Source of the DNA: the human T2T-CHM13v2.0 reference genome, Homo sapiens
Direction: 5' to 3' (one strand)
Assembly (NCBI RefSeq): GCF_009914755.1
Contig: NC_060946.1
DNA: 64,000 bases
The translations under genes were made by a program, and so were the position numbers. The notes beneath the pieces are model-generated. The model saw only the letters and a program-made list of their open reading frames with translations. It was not told where the DNA came from and searched no databases. This document shows positions 19,685-32,600 of this stretch, piece after piece (positions within the stretch are counted from its first letter, which is position 1; each line of letters starts with the position of its first letter).

Positions 19685-22600
19685 GATTAGGAAACCTGCA
19701 GCTCCCAGGGGCCCCCACTAATGTTCTAACTCGCAGAAGGAAGGAGTGTGTGTGCGTGTGTGCGTGTGCGTGTGTGTGTGTGTGTTTGTGTGTGTGCGGT
19801 GTGAGGTATGGGCCCCTTAAGGAAATGGAAATCAACCAACCAATGGGACAGACAGACAGACAGACAGACAGAGATTCACTTGCCCAAGTGTTCTGTCCTG
19901 TCCTCTGAATCCGCTTTCAAGTCGCAAGACGCTGTGAGCTCCAAGTCCACGCAGAGTCCGCCAAACGCTGCGGCCGCTGATCCGCTCCGCGAAGATCTGA
20001 GTACAGGCCAGCCAGGGTGGGTTTAGATAGCCTCGGGCGCAGCCTAGCAGCGGAAAGGGCGGAGCTTCACTCCTCCTTTCCATCAGTCACCCCCAACTTT
20101 CCCAGGCTACACCTCGTAGGAAACTGTTCTCCTGCTTTGATTTCATGCGCCACCTTTGGGACAATCTAAGAACTTACAGGTTTTCTTGGCCAGATTTATT
20201 AGGAATTGTATGCACTGAAACACTGAAAACCAACTAGTGGTTCTGTGCTTCCCACGTTGTGGTTTTGACACCAGCAGCATCCTTGCCACAATCAAACCCC
20301 GGAGATCCGCAGATCTGTGTTGTAACAAGACCTCCCCCTGACCCTGAAGCGTGGCAGTTGAAGAAGTCTTTCCGTGTAAGCGAAAAGACTTTGAAGAAAA
20401 GGTGGAGATATGCGTTGTATAAACATTCTTTTGCTCTGGAACCACGTAGAGACTTGGGAGCCAGTTGGGTGGAGCATTCGTTGGATGAGGGTGCTCGGGT
20501 TAGGAATATCAAGGTGTGGCTCCAGATAATCCAATCATCTAATTAAGATTCCAGTTATGCTCATCTGTTTTAAAATTCCGTTTGGGTAAATTCTTTTAGT
20601 CAGACTGAGAATGGCAAAGCCTCAAGCCCAATTTCCAGGGAGGGTGGAGAGCCTCAGGTGGAGTTGATCACCAATACCCTATGGTTTAACCCATCATGCC
20701 TATAGAATGAGGTCTCCATCAAAACCCAAAAGGACTGGGTTCAGAGAGCTTCTGGATAACACTTCCTGGAAGGTAGTGCGCCCCTCCCCGCATGGCGGGC
20801 CCCACATTTATTTCTGAACTTTGTGCAATGTCCGCTAAAATACAACGGCAAATGTAAGTGTTTCCCTGCGTGCTGTGAGCTCTTCCAGCAAATGAATGCA
20901 ACTAAATCTGGAAGTGGTGGCAACCTGATTTATAGCCAGTTGCTGAGAAGTACAGGTAAAACAACGTAGGGCTTCCCATTGTTATTGGTGTGGGAGGCCT
21001 GTCTGGCGGGACTCGGCCCTTTGGAATCTAATGCTATGTCCCGGTAGATAGCGTCACCATTGAATTAGAAGACACACATATGTGGAGAATAATCTTTCTG
21101 GTCATTTACTGCATGTCATATTTACAATATGTAATCAAATTCTTTATCCTGACCTTATGGCACCTGGGTTTAGGACCATGATTTGAACCAAACGTTGGTC
21201 TGTCACTTTCTGAGTTTGAAACTTTATTTTGCCTTTAGCGTTTTGCTATTGCTTTTTCGTTTTCTTTTGTTTCGTTTCGTTTCTAAGTTCTGGGGTATAT
21301 GTGCAGGATGTGCAGATTTGTTACTAAGGTAAACGTGTGCCATGGTGGTTTGCTGCACCTGTCAACCCGTCACCTAGGTATTAAGCCCAGCATGCAGTAG
21401 CTGTTTTTCTTAACGCTCTGCCTCCCGAAAGGCCCCAGTGTGTGTTGTTCCCCTTCCTGTGTCCATGGGATCTCACTTTTCAGCTCCCATTATAAGTGAG
21501 AAGGTGGCGTTTGGTTTTCTTTCCCTGGATTAGTTTGCTGACGATAATGACCACACATCACCACTGTTTTTGTTTTTTAGTATAAAGAGTAGTATTTTAT
21601 TGAATAAGATTTGCTCACAGAAAAATAAGCTTAAATCTACAATGAATGCCAGACCCTACAGCAGAAAGCAATTTTCTCACTTTTCCACACACAATGGTTC
21701 CTACTAAGTGAAAAAAAAGCCATAAAATTTCATTCACAAATGTACTACTCTGTCTCAGAACATCTCACGTAATCATGCACTGTACTAAAGCCATCAGATC
21801 AGTTCTTCAGTCAGGTTAAAGAAGTATCCCTCTAATAACTGACTTTTATAATGCTATCAATATCCACTCCCAATCAGTCTGCCATTGTTAATGGTGTACA
21901 GCATTACTGAATACAACGGAATTGATGACGCCCATATCCACGGACAAACCGTGACTTATGATGGTTTGACTTATGATTTTTCAACGTTATGATGGGTTTA
22001 TTGGAATATTAGATTCGTTTCTGAGTTACACTGGGTTTATGAGTATGCGACCCTACACTCCAGAAACAGCTGTATAAGGAAAAACAGGAGTACCTAATAA
22101 AAATATGCTTAGTGACTTGGGATAAACCAATAGATGTTCACAAGTGATGGAGAGTCGTGAAAGAGAGATAGCGGTAAATAGTTACAATAACACAATTTTC
22201 CTGCACCTGTCGAGGATTTCCCCCAAAAAACGCAGAATGTGGGATGCACCTAAGGCATATGAAAGAGAGAGGGCAGAAGGAGTAAGAGAGAAATAGGAGG
22301 AAGGAAGGAAGGAAGGAAGCAAGGAAGGAAAGAAGGAAGGAAGGACGGAAGGAAGGAAGGAAGGAAGGAAGGAAGGAAGGAAGGAAGGAAGGAAGGAAGG
22401 AAAGAAGGAAGGAAGGACGGAAGGAAGGAAGGAAGGAAGGAAGGAAGGAAGGAAGGAAGGAAAGAAGGATGAAAGGAAGGAGAAAACACCGGTGTTACTA
22501 AAACCCCCCCAAAAATGGTTTCCCCCTGTGGGTAAGCCTACAATGTGGATGAATCTTGAAAATATTGTGCTACGTGTTATGTCAGTCATAGCAGCTCACC

Positions 22601-23513
22601 TATTGTGCAATTCCGTTTATAGGAAATGTCCACAATATGGAAATCTATGCATATGGGATTGATCGCACTAGGTAGTTGCTACCTAGGGCTGAGGGTCAGG
22701 GAGAGGGTTTGAGACAGAATGAGGAGTGACTAATGTCTACAGGGTCTTTCTCTGGTCGGGGGTGATAAGACGTTTTACAATGGATTGCGAATTAAAATTG
22801 AATGTGCACAACCACAGGTATACTAAAAGCCACTCAATTCATGACCTTTAATGGGGGAATCTTACGTGGCGTAGTCTCATGGAGACCACGGCAGACATAG
22901 TGAGAGAGAAAAAGGTGAGTAAATATCTGAAACGGAGGCAGAAACAGAGAGAATGAAAAGCCCTGTGAATGGAAGGGAGAGCGAAAAGGGAAAATGGTCC
23001 TATTTACAAATGACAGATGTGAAACTGGGGTTCACATCAACAGTGTCACTGCCAGGAAGGAGGGTCATGCTAGCCATGTCACCGGTAGTGTGGCCCGCAG
23101 GGACGCTGACCTGCTGGAGCGTCGTGCCAGCATGGGCTGTGGCAACCACGTGGGCCAGCAGGAGGTTCCCGCTGCACAGCTGTGGGGTGAGGATAGACTG
23201 GGTGGTGATATCGGCCATTACAGGGGCCCTCTTCTGCTGGCAAGAGTGTGACAGTAGCAAGTAGATGGACAGGCCTGCGTGTGAGGACGGAATGCAGGAG
23301 GGGTTCTTGTGCGCCTGGGTGTGGGGCCCTCACGGGAACCGTGGAGAAATGGCCAGGTAACTGCGTCATGTGGGCTAGTAGATTGGCCAGGGCTTCGAAC
23401 TGAAGGACGATAACGGGGAGTAGCTGTCAGGCCCTGGGAGTGCCTGAGTGTAAGTGGAGATGGGTTTGGGGTCACTGAGGGATGCGTGGGAGCCATCCCT
23501 GTATAGGTACAGG

Positions 23514-26351
23514 TCATAGGGAGATAGTCTCGTGAGGCCTGTGAGTGTCTAGGGTTGTCCTGGGTGCCTGGGGCTGACTGTGGCAGAAATCTGGGGAAGG
23601 CTGGAGAGAAGCTGGGAGACCCAGGAGAGTCCCTGAAGGCAGGGGTGAAGAGGTGAAAGAAATGGGGGAGGGTTGCAGTAAGGTCCGTGAGTTTGTAGGT
23701 GATTCCTGGGTGCGGGAAGCTGACTCCAGGTGAAATCTGGAGATGGTTGGAGAGTAGCTGAGAGAGACAGAAGAGTCCCTGAGGGCTGGGGGTGAGAACA
23801 TGAGGGAGACGGGGGAGTAAGTCAGTGAAATTCGTGAGTTCGGTGGTGTATCGTGGGTGCCTGGAACTGACTCCAGCTGGAATCTAGAGAAGTTTTGAGA
23901 GTAGCTGAAGGAGACACAAGAGTCCCTGTGGGCTGAGGGCAAAGACCTGAGACAGACCAGGGAGGACCTCAGTGAAGTCTGTGAGTCTGTAGGTGATTCC
24001 GGAGTGTGGGAGGCTGACTCCCGCTGAAATCTGGGCGTGGTGGGAGAGTAGCTGGGACAGACAGGAGAGTCCCAGGGGGCTGGGGGTGACGACGTGAGAG
24101 AGACTGGGGAGTAACTCAGTGAAATTGCTGAGTTGGTTGGTGATACCTGGGTGCCTGGAACTGACCCCCGCTGAAATCTGGGCATGGTTGGAGAGTAGCT
24201 GGGACACACAGGAGAGTCCCTGAGGGCTGGGGGTGAAGACATGAGCGAGACCGGGGAGTAACTGAGTGAAACTGGTGAGTTTGGTGGTGACTCCGGGGTG
24301 CCTGGAACTGACTCCAGCTGAAATGTGGGCGTGGTTGGAGAGTAGCTGGGACAGACAGGAGAGTCCCTGAGGACTGGTGAAGACATGAGAGAGACTGGAG
24401 AGTAATTGAGTGAAATTGGTGAGTTTGGTGGTGATTCCTGGGTGCCTGGAACTGACTCCCGCTGAAGTGTGGGCGTGGTTGGAGAGTAGCTGGGACACAC
24501 AGGAGAGTCCCTGAGGGTTGGAGATAAAGACGTGCTAGAGACTGAGGAGTAACTGAGTGAAATTGGTGAGTTTGGTGGTGATTCCGGGGTGCCTGGAACG
24601 GACTCCAGCTGAAATGTGGGCGTGGTTGGAGAGTAGCTGGGACAGACGGGAGAGTCCCTGAGGGATGGTGAAGACATGAGAGAGACTGGGGAGTAACGCA
24701 GTGAAATTGGTGAGTTTGGTGGTGATTTCTGGGTGCCTGCAACGGACTCCCGCTGAAGTGTGGGCGTGCTTGGAGAGTAGCTGGGACAGACAGGCGAGTC
24801 CCTGAGGGTTGGAGATAAAGACGTGCTAGAGACTGAGGAGTAACTGAGTGAAATTGGTGAGTTTGGTGGTGATTCCGGGGTGCCTGGAACGGACTCCAGC
24901 TGAAATGTGGGCGTGGTTGGAGAGTAGCTGGGACAGACGGGAGAGTCCCTGAGGGATGGTGAAGACATGAGAGAGACTGGGGAGTAACGCAGTGAAATTG
25001 GTGAGTTTGGTGGTGATTTCTGGGTGCCTGCAACGGACTCCCGCTGAAGTGTGGGCGTGCTTGGAGAGTAGCTGGGACAGACAGGCGAGTCCCTGAGGGT
25101 TGGAGATAAAGACGTGCTGGAGACTGGGGAGTAACTCAGTGAAAGTGGTGGGCTTGGTGGTGATCCCAGGGTTCCTGGAACTGACCCGCGCTGAAATGTG
25201 GGCGTGGTTGGAGAGTAGCTGGGACAGACTGGAGGGTCCGTAAGGGCTGGGGGTGAAGACGTGAGAGAGACTGGCGAGGATCTCACTGAGGTCTGTGAGT
25301 TTGTAGGTGTTTCTGGGGTGTGGGGTACAGACTCCCGCTGAAATCTGGGCGTAGTTGGAGAGTAGCTGGGACAGACAGGAGAGTCATGGGTGGCTGGGGG
25401 TGAGCTGCTGGATGATGGCAGTAAGAACATATGGTACATTATTGATGAATGAGGTGACTGTGAAGAATCTCCAGAGGAGGACACGGGAGAACACAATGAC
25501 ATGAGTGACTGTCCTGCTTGGTTAGGAAAGGGAAACGTAAAGTTGTGGAATTCTGTTGATGATGGATGTGAGAGTGGTGAAGCCCTGCGGGATGATGTAG
25601 AGGACTTCCACATCCCTGGTGAGGAGCTGCCCCTTGGGTCTGAGTTTCTGGGAGGGGAGAGGGAGAAGCTGGGTGAGGCAGGCATGAATCTTGAGGAGTC
25701 AGGGCTGGGGGACCGCTCATATTCTCCCGAGACCTGTGAGTCTCTGGGGGACTCCTGGGTGCATGGGGCTGACTCCCGCAGGAACCTGGGGATGGCTGGA
25801 GAGTAACTGGGAGCCACAGGAGGGTCCCTGAGGCCTGGGGGTGAAGAGATGCAAGACACAGGGGTGGAGCAGCGTGAGGCTCGTGAGTTTGTAGGTGATT
25901 CCTGGGTGTGGGGGGCTGACTCCAGCTGAAATCTGGGGTTGTTTGGAGAGTAGCTGGGAGACACAGGAGAACCCCCGAGAGCTGGGGGTGAGCTGCTGGG
26001 TGATGGCAGTAAGAACATGTGGTATATTATTGATGAACGTGGGGACTCTGAGGAGTCCTCAGAGGAGGACACGGCAGAGCCCAATGGCTTCATTGATTGC
26101 CCATCACGGTGAGGACAGGGAAATGGGAGCTTGTGGGATTCTGGTGATGACAGAGGTGAGTGTGGTGAAGCCCTAGGGGATGGTGAATGGTAGTTCCGGA
26201 TCCCTGGTGAGGAGCTTCCCCTTAAGCCGGAGTTTCTGAGAGGGGAGAGGGAGAAGCTGGGTGAGGCTCGCATGGACCTTGGGGTGTCCGTGCTGGGGGA
26301 CCGTTCATAAGAAGAGCCAGACAAGACCCTACTGTTCTTAGGTGCAGACAT
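23514..26351 (-). CDS. Same protein, 945-aa allele (copy 4)
   Basis: ORF track; G4 allele. Confidence 0.65.
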   Translation of the reverse strand: MSAPKNSRVLSGSSYERSPSTDTPRSMRASPSFSLSPLRNSGLRGSSSPGIRNYHSPSPRASPHSPLSSPESHKLPFPCPHRDGQSMKPLGSAVSSSEDSSESPRSSIIYHMFLLPSPSSSPPALGGSPVSPSYSPNNPRFQLESAPHTQESPTNSRASRCSTPVSCISSPPGLRDPPVAPSYSPAIPRFLRESAPCTQESPRDSQVSGEYERSPSPDSSRFMPASPSFSLSPPRNSDPRGSSSPGMWKSSTSSRRASPLSHPSSTEFHNFTFPFPNQAGQSLMSLCSPVSSSGDSSQSPHSSIMYHMFLLPSSSSSPPATHDSPVCPSYSPTTPRFQRESVPHTPETPTNSQTSVRSSPVSLTSSPPALTDPPVCPSYSPTTPTFQRGSVPGTLGSPPSPPLSLSYSPVSSTSLSPTLRDSPVCPSYSPSTPTLQRESVAGTQKSPPNSPISLRYSPVSLMSSPSLRDSPVCPSYSPTTPTFQLESVPGTPESPPNSPISLSYSSVSSTSLSPTLRDSPVCPSYSPSTPTLQRESVAGTQKSPPNSPISLRYSPVSLMSSPSLRDSPVCPSYSPTTPTFQLESVPGTPESPPNSPISLSYSSVSSTSLSPTLRDSPVCPSYSPTTPTLQRESVPGTQESPPNSPISLNYSPVSLMSSPVLRDSPVCPSYSPTTPTFQLESVPGTPESPPNSPVSLSYSPVSLMSSPPALRDSPVCPSYSPTMPRFQRGSVPGTQVSPTNSAISLSYSPVSLTSSPPAPWDSPVCPSYSPTTPRFQRESASHTPESPTDSQTSLRSSLVCLRSLPSAHRDSCVSFSYSQNFSRFQLESVPGTHDTPPNSRISLTYSPVSLMFSPPALRDSSVSLSYSPTISRFHLESASRTQESPTNSRTLLQPSPISFTSSPLPSGTLLGLPASLQPSPDFCHSQPQAPRTTLDTHRPHETISL

Positions 26352-29300
26352 GATTAGGAAACCTGCAGCTCCCAGGGGCCCCCACTAATGTTCTAACTCG
26401 CAGAAGGAAGGAGTGTGTGTGCGTGTGTGCGTGTGCGTGTGTGTGTGTGTGTGTTTGTGTGTGTGCGGTGTGAGGTATGGGCCCCTTAAGGAAATGGAAA
26501 TCAACCAACCAATGGGACAGACAGACAGACAGACAGACAGAGATTCACTTGCCCAAGTGTTCTGTCCTGTCCTCTGAATCCGCTTTCAAGTCGCAAGACG
26601 CTGTGAGCTCCAAGTCCACGCAGAGTCCGCCAAACGCTCCGGCCGCTGATCCGCTCCGCGAAGATCTGAGTACAGGCCAGCCAGGGTGGGTTTAAATAGC
26701 CTCGGGCGCAGCCTAGCAGCGGAAAGGGCGGAGCTTCACTCCTCCTTTCCATCAGTCACCCCCAACTTTCCCAGGCTACACCTCGTAGGAAACTGTTCTC
26801 CTGCTTTGATTTCATGCGCCACCTTTGGGACAATCTAAGAACTTACAGGTTTTCTTGGCCAGATTTATTAGGAATTGTATGCACTGAAACACTGAAAACC
26901 AACTAGTGGTTCTGTGCTTCCCACGTTGTGGTTTTGACACCAGCAGCATCCTTGCCACAATCAAACCCCGGAGATCCGCAGATCTGTGTTGTAACAAGAC
27001 CTCCCCCTGACCCTGATGCATGGCAGTTGAAGAAGTCTTTCCGTGTAAGCGAAAAGACTTTGAAGAAAAGGTGGAGATATGCGTAGTATAAACATTCTTT
27101 GGCTCTGGAACCACGTAGAGACTTGGGAGCCAGTTGGGTGGAGCATTCGTTGGATGAGGGTGCTCGGGTTAGGAATATCAAGGTGTTTCTCCAGATAATC
27201 CAATCATCTAATTAAGATTCCAGTTATGCTCATCTGTTTTAAAATTCCGTTTGGGTAAATTCTTTTAGTCAGACTGAGAATGGCAAAGCCTCAACCCCAA
27301 TTTCCAGGGAGGGTGGAGAGCCTCAGGTGGAGTTGATCACCAATAGCCTATGGTTTAACCCATCATGCCTATAGAATGAGGTCTCCATCAAAACCCAAAA
27401 GGACTGGGTTCAGAGAGCTTCTGGATAACACTTCCTGGAAGGTAGTGCACCCCTCCCCGCATGCCGGGCCCCACATTTATTTCTGAACTTTGTGCAATGT
27501 CCGCTAAAATACAACGGCAAATGTAAGTGTTTCCCTGCGTGCTGTGAGCTCTTCCAGCAAATGAATGCAACTAAATCTGGGAGTGGTGGCAACCTGATTT
27601 ATAGCCAGTTGCTGAGAAGCACAGGTAAAACAACGTAGGGCTTCCCATTGTTATTGGTGTGGGAGGCCTGTCTGGCGGGACTCGGCCCTTTGGAATCTAA
27701 TGCTATGTCCCGGTAGATAGCGTCACCATTGAATTAGAAGACACACATATGTGGAGAATAATCTTTCTGGTCATTTACTGCATGTCATATTTACAATATG
27801 TAATCAAATTCTTTATCCTGACCTTATGGCACCTGGGTTTAGGACCATGATTTGAACCAAACGTTGGTCTGTCACTTTCTGAGTTTGAAACTTTATTTTG
27901 CCTTTAGCGTTTTGCTATTGCTTTTTCGTTTTCTTTTGTTTCGTTTCGTTTCTAAGTTCTGGGGTATATGTGCAGGATGTGCAGATTTGTTACTAAGGTA
28001 AACGTGTGCCATGGTGGTTTGCTGCACCTGTCAACCCGTCACCTAGGTATTAAGCCCAGCATGCAGTAGCTGTTTTTCTTAACGCTCTGCCTCCCGAAAG
28101 GCCCCAGTGTGTGTTGTTCCCCTTCCTGTGTCCATGGGATCTCACTTTTCAGCTCCCATTATAAGTGAGAAGGTGGCGTTTGGTTTTCTTTCCCTGGATT
28201 AGTTTGCTGACGATAATGACCACACATCACCACTGTTTTTGTTTTTTAGTATAAAGAGTAGTATTTTATTGAATAAGATTTGCTCACAGAAAAATAAGCT
28301 TAAATCTACAATGAATGCCAGACCCTACAGCAGAAAGCAATTTTCTCACTTTTCCACACACAATGGTTCCTACTAAGTGAAAAAAAAGCCATAAAATTTC
28401 ATTCACAAATGTACTACTCTGTCTCAAAACATCTCACGTAATCATGCACTGTACTAAAGCCATCAGATCAGTTCTTCAGTCAGGTTAAAGAAGTATCCCT
28501 CTAATAACTGACTTTTATAATGCTATCAATATCCACTCCCAATCAGTCTGCCATTGTTAATGGTGTACAGCATTACTGAATACAACGGAATTGATGACGC
28601 CCATATCCACAGACAAACCGTGACTTATGATGGTTTGACTTATGATTTTCCAACGTTATGATGGGTTTATTGGAATATTAGATTCGTTTCTGAGTTACAC
28701 TGGGTTTATGAGTATGTGACCCTACACTCCAGAAACAGCTGTATAAGGAAAAACAGGAGTACCTAATAAAAATATGCTTAGTGACTTGGGATAAACCAAT
28801 AGATGTTCACAAGTGATGGAGAGCCGTGAAAGAGAGATAGCGGTAAATAGTTACAATAACACAATTTTCCTGCACCTGTCGAGGATTTCCCCCAAAAAAC
28901 GCAGAATGTGGGATGCACCTAAGGCATATGAAAGAGAGAGGGCAGAAGGAGTAAGAGAGAAATAGGAGGAAGGAAGGAAGGAAGGAAGCAAGGAAGAAAG
29001 GAAGGAAGGAAAGAAGGAAGGAAGGACGGAAGGAAGGAAGGAAGGAAGGAAGGAAGGAAGGAAGGAAAGAAGGATGAAAGGAAGGAGAAAACTCCGGTGT
29101 TACTAAAACCCCCCAAAAAATGGTTTCCCCCTGTGGGTAAGCCTACAATGTGGATGAATCTTGAAAATATTGTGCTACGTGTTATGTCAGTCATAGCAGC
29201 TCACCTATTGTGCAATTCCGTTTATAGGAAATGTCCACAATATGGAAATCTATGCATATGGGATTGATCGCACTAGGTAGTTGCTACCTAGGGCTGAGGG

Positions 29301-29683
29301 TCAGGGAGAGGGTTTGAGACAGAATGAGGAGTGACTAATGTCTACAGGGTCTTTCTCTGGTCGGGGGTGATAAGACGTTTTACAATGGATTGCGAATTAA
29401 AATTGAATGTGCACAACCACAGGTATACTAAAAGCCACTCAATTCATGACCTTTAATGGGGGAATCTTACGTGGCGTAGTCTCATGGAGACCACGGCAGA
29501 CATAGTGAGAGAGAAAAAGGTGAGTAAATATCTGAAACGGAGGCAGAAACAGAGAGAATGAAAAGCCCTGTGAATGGAAGGGAGAGCGAAAAGGGAAAAT
29601 GGTCCTATTTACAAATGACAGATGGGAAACTGGGGTTCACATCAACAGTGTCACTGCCAGGAAGGAGGGTCATGCTAGCCATG

Positions 29684-32600
29684 TCACCGGTAGTGTGGCC
29701 CGCAGGGACGCCGACCTGCTGGAGCGTCGTGCCAGCATGGGCTGTGGCAACCACGTGGGCCAGCAGGAGGTTCCCGCTGCACAGCTGTGGGGTGAGGATA
29801 GACTGGGTGGTGATATCGGCCATTACAGGGGCCTCTTCTGCTGGCAAGAGTGTGACAGTAGCAAGTAGATGGACAGACCTGCGTGTGAGGACGGAATGCA
29901 GGAGGGGTTCTTGTGCGCCTGGGTGTGGGGCCCTCACGGGAACCGTGGAGAAATGGCCAGGTAACTGCGTCATGTGGGCTAGTAGATTGGCCAGGGCTTC
30001 GAACTGAAGGACGATAACGGGGAGTAGCTGTCAGGCCCTGGGAGTGCCTGAGTGTAAGTGGAGATGGGTTTGGGGTCACTGAGGGATGCGTGGGAGCCAT
30101 CCCTGTATAGGTACAGGTCATAGGGAGATAGTCTCGTGAGGCCTGTGAGTGTCTAGGGTTGTCCTGGGTGCCTGGGGCTGACTGTGGCAGAAATCTGGGG
30201 AAGGCTGGAGAGAAGCTGGGAGACCCAGGAGAGTCCCTGAAGGCAGGGGGTGAAGAGGTGAAAGAAATGGGGGAGGGTTGCAGTAAGGTCCGTGAGTTTG
30301 TAGGTGATTCCTGGGTGCGGGAAGCTGACTCCAGGTGAAATCTGGAGATGGTTGGAGAGTAGCTGAGAGAGACAGAAGAGTCCCTGAGGGCTGGGGGTGA
30401 GAACATGAGGGAGACGGGGGAGTAAGTCAGTGAAATTCGTGAGTTCGGTGGTGTATCGTGGGTGCCTGGAACTGACTCCAGCTGGAATCTAGAGAAGTTT
30501 TGAGAGTAGCTGAAGGAGACACAAGAGTCCCTGTGGGCTGAGGGCAAAGACCTGAGACAGACCAGGGAGGACCTCAGTGAAGTCTGTGAGTCTGTAGGTG
30601 ATTCCGGAGTGTGGGAGGCTGACTCCCGCTGAAATCTGGGCGTGGTGGGAGAGTAGGTGGGACAGACAGGAGAGTCCCAGGGGGCTGGGGGTGACGACGT
30701 GAGAGAGACTGGGGAGTAACTCAGTGAAATTGCTGAGTTGGTTGGTGATACCTGGGTGCCTGGAACTGACCCCCGCTGAAATCTGGGCATGGTTGGAGAG
30801 TAGCTGGGACACACAGGAGAGTCCCTGAGGGCTGGGGGTGAAGACATGAGCGAGACCGGGGAGTAACTGAGTGAAACTGGTGAGTTTGGTGGTGACTCCG
30901 GGGTGCCTGGAACTGACTCCAGCTGAAATGTGGGCGTGGTTGGAGAGTAGCTGGGACAGACAGGAGAGTCCCTGAGGACTGGTGAAGACATGAGAGAGAC
31001 TGGAGAGTAATTGAGTGAAATTGGTGAGTTTGGTGGTGATTCCTGGGTGCCTGGAACTGACTCCAGCTGAAATGTGGGCCTGGTTGGAGAGTAGCTGGGA
31101 CACACAGGAGAGTCCCTGAGGGTTGGAGATAAAGACGTGCTAGAGACTGAGGAGTAACTGAGTGAAATTGGTGAGTTTGGTGGTGATTCCGGGGTGCCTG
31201 GAACGGACTCCTGCTGAAATGTGGGCGTGGTTGGAGAGTAGCTGGGACAGACGGGAGAGTCCCTGAGGGATGGTGAAGACATGAGAGAGACTGGGGAGTA
31301 ACGCAGTGAAATTGGTGAGTTTGGTGGTGATTTCTGGGTGCCTGCAACGGACTCCCGCTGAAGTGTGGGCGTGCTTGGAGAGTAGCTGGGACAGACAGGC
31401 GAGTCCCTGAGGGTTGGAGATAAAGACGTGCTAGAGACTGAGGAGTAACTGAGTGAAATTGGTGAGTTTGGTGGTGATTCCGGGGTGCCTGGAACGGACT
31501 CCAGCTGAAATGTGGGCGTGGTTGGAGAGTAGCTGGGACAGACGGGAGAGTCCCTGAGGGATGGTGAAGACATGAGAGAGACTGGGGAGTAACGCAGTGA
31601 AATTGGTGAGTTTGGTGGTGATTTCTGGGTGCCTGCAACGGACTCCCGCTGAAGTGTGGGCGTGCTTGGAGAGTAGCTGGGACAGACAGGCGAGTCCCTG
31701 AGGGTTGGAGATAAAGACGTGCTGGAGACTGGGGAGTAACTCAGTGAAAGTGGTGGGCTTGGTGGTGATCCCAGGGTTCCTGGAACTGACCCGCGCTGAA
31801 ATGTGGGCGTGGTTGGAGAGTAGCTGGGACAGACTGGAGGGTCCGTAAGGGCTGGGGGTGAAGACGTGAGAGAGACTGGCGAGGATCTCACTGAGGTCTG
31901 TGAGTTTGTAGGTGTTTCTGGGGTGTGGGGTACAGACTCCCGCTGAAATCTGGGCGTAGTTGGAGAGTAGCTGGGACAGACAGGAGAGTCATGGGTGGCT
32001 GGGGGTGAGCTGCTGGATGATGGCAGTAAGAACATATGGTACATTATTGATGAATGAGGTGACTGTGAAGAATCTCCAGAGGAGGACACGGGAGAACACA
32101 ATGACATGAGTGACTGTCCTGCTTGGTTAGGAAAGGGAAACGTAAAGTTGTGGAATTCTGTTGATGATGGATGTGAGAGTGGTGAAGCCCTGCGGGATGA
32201 TGTAGAGGACTTCCACATCCCTGGTGAGGAGCTGCCCCTTGGGTCTGAGTTTCTGGGAGGGGAGAGGGAGAAGCTGGGTGAGGCAGGCATGAATCTTGAG
32301 GAGTCAGGGCTGGGGGACCGCTCATATTCTCCCGAGACCTGTGAGTCTCTGGGGGACTCCTGGGTGCATGGGGCTGACTCCCGCAGGAACCTGGGGATGG
32401 CTGGAGAGTAACTGGGAGCCACAGGAGGGTCCCTGAGGCCTGGGGGTGAAGAGATGCAAGACACAGGGGTGGAGCAGCGTGAGGCTCGTGAGTTTGTAGG
32501 TGATTCCTGGGTGTGGGGGGCTGACTCCAGCTGAAATCTGGGGTTGTTTGGAGAGTAGCTGGGAGACACAGGAGAACCCCCGAGAGCTGGGGGTGAGCTG

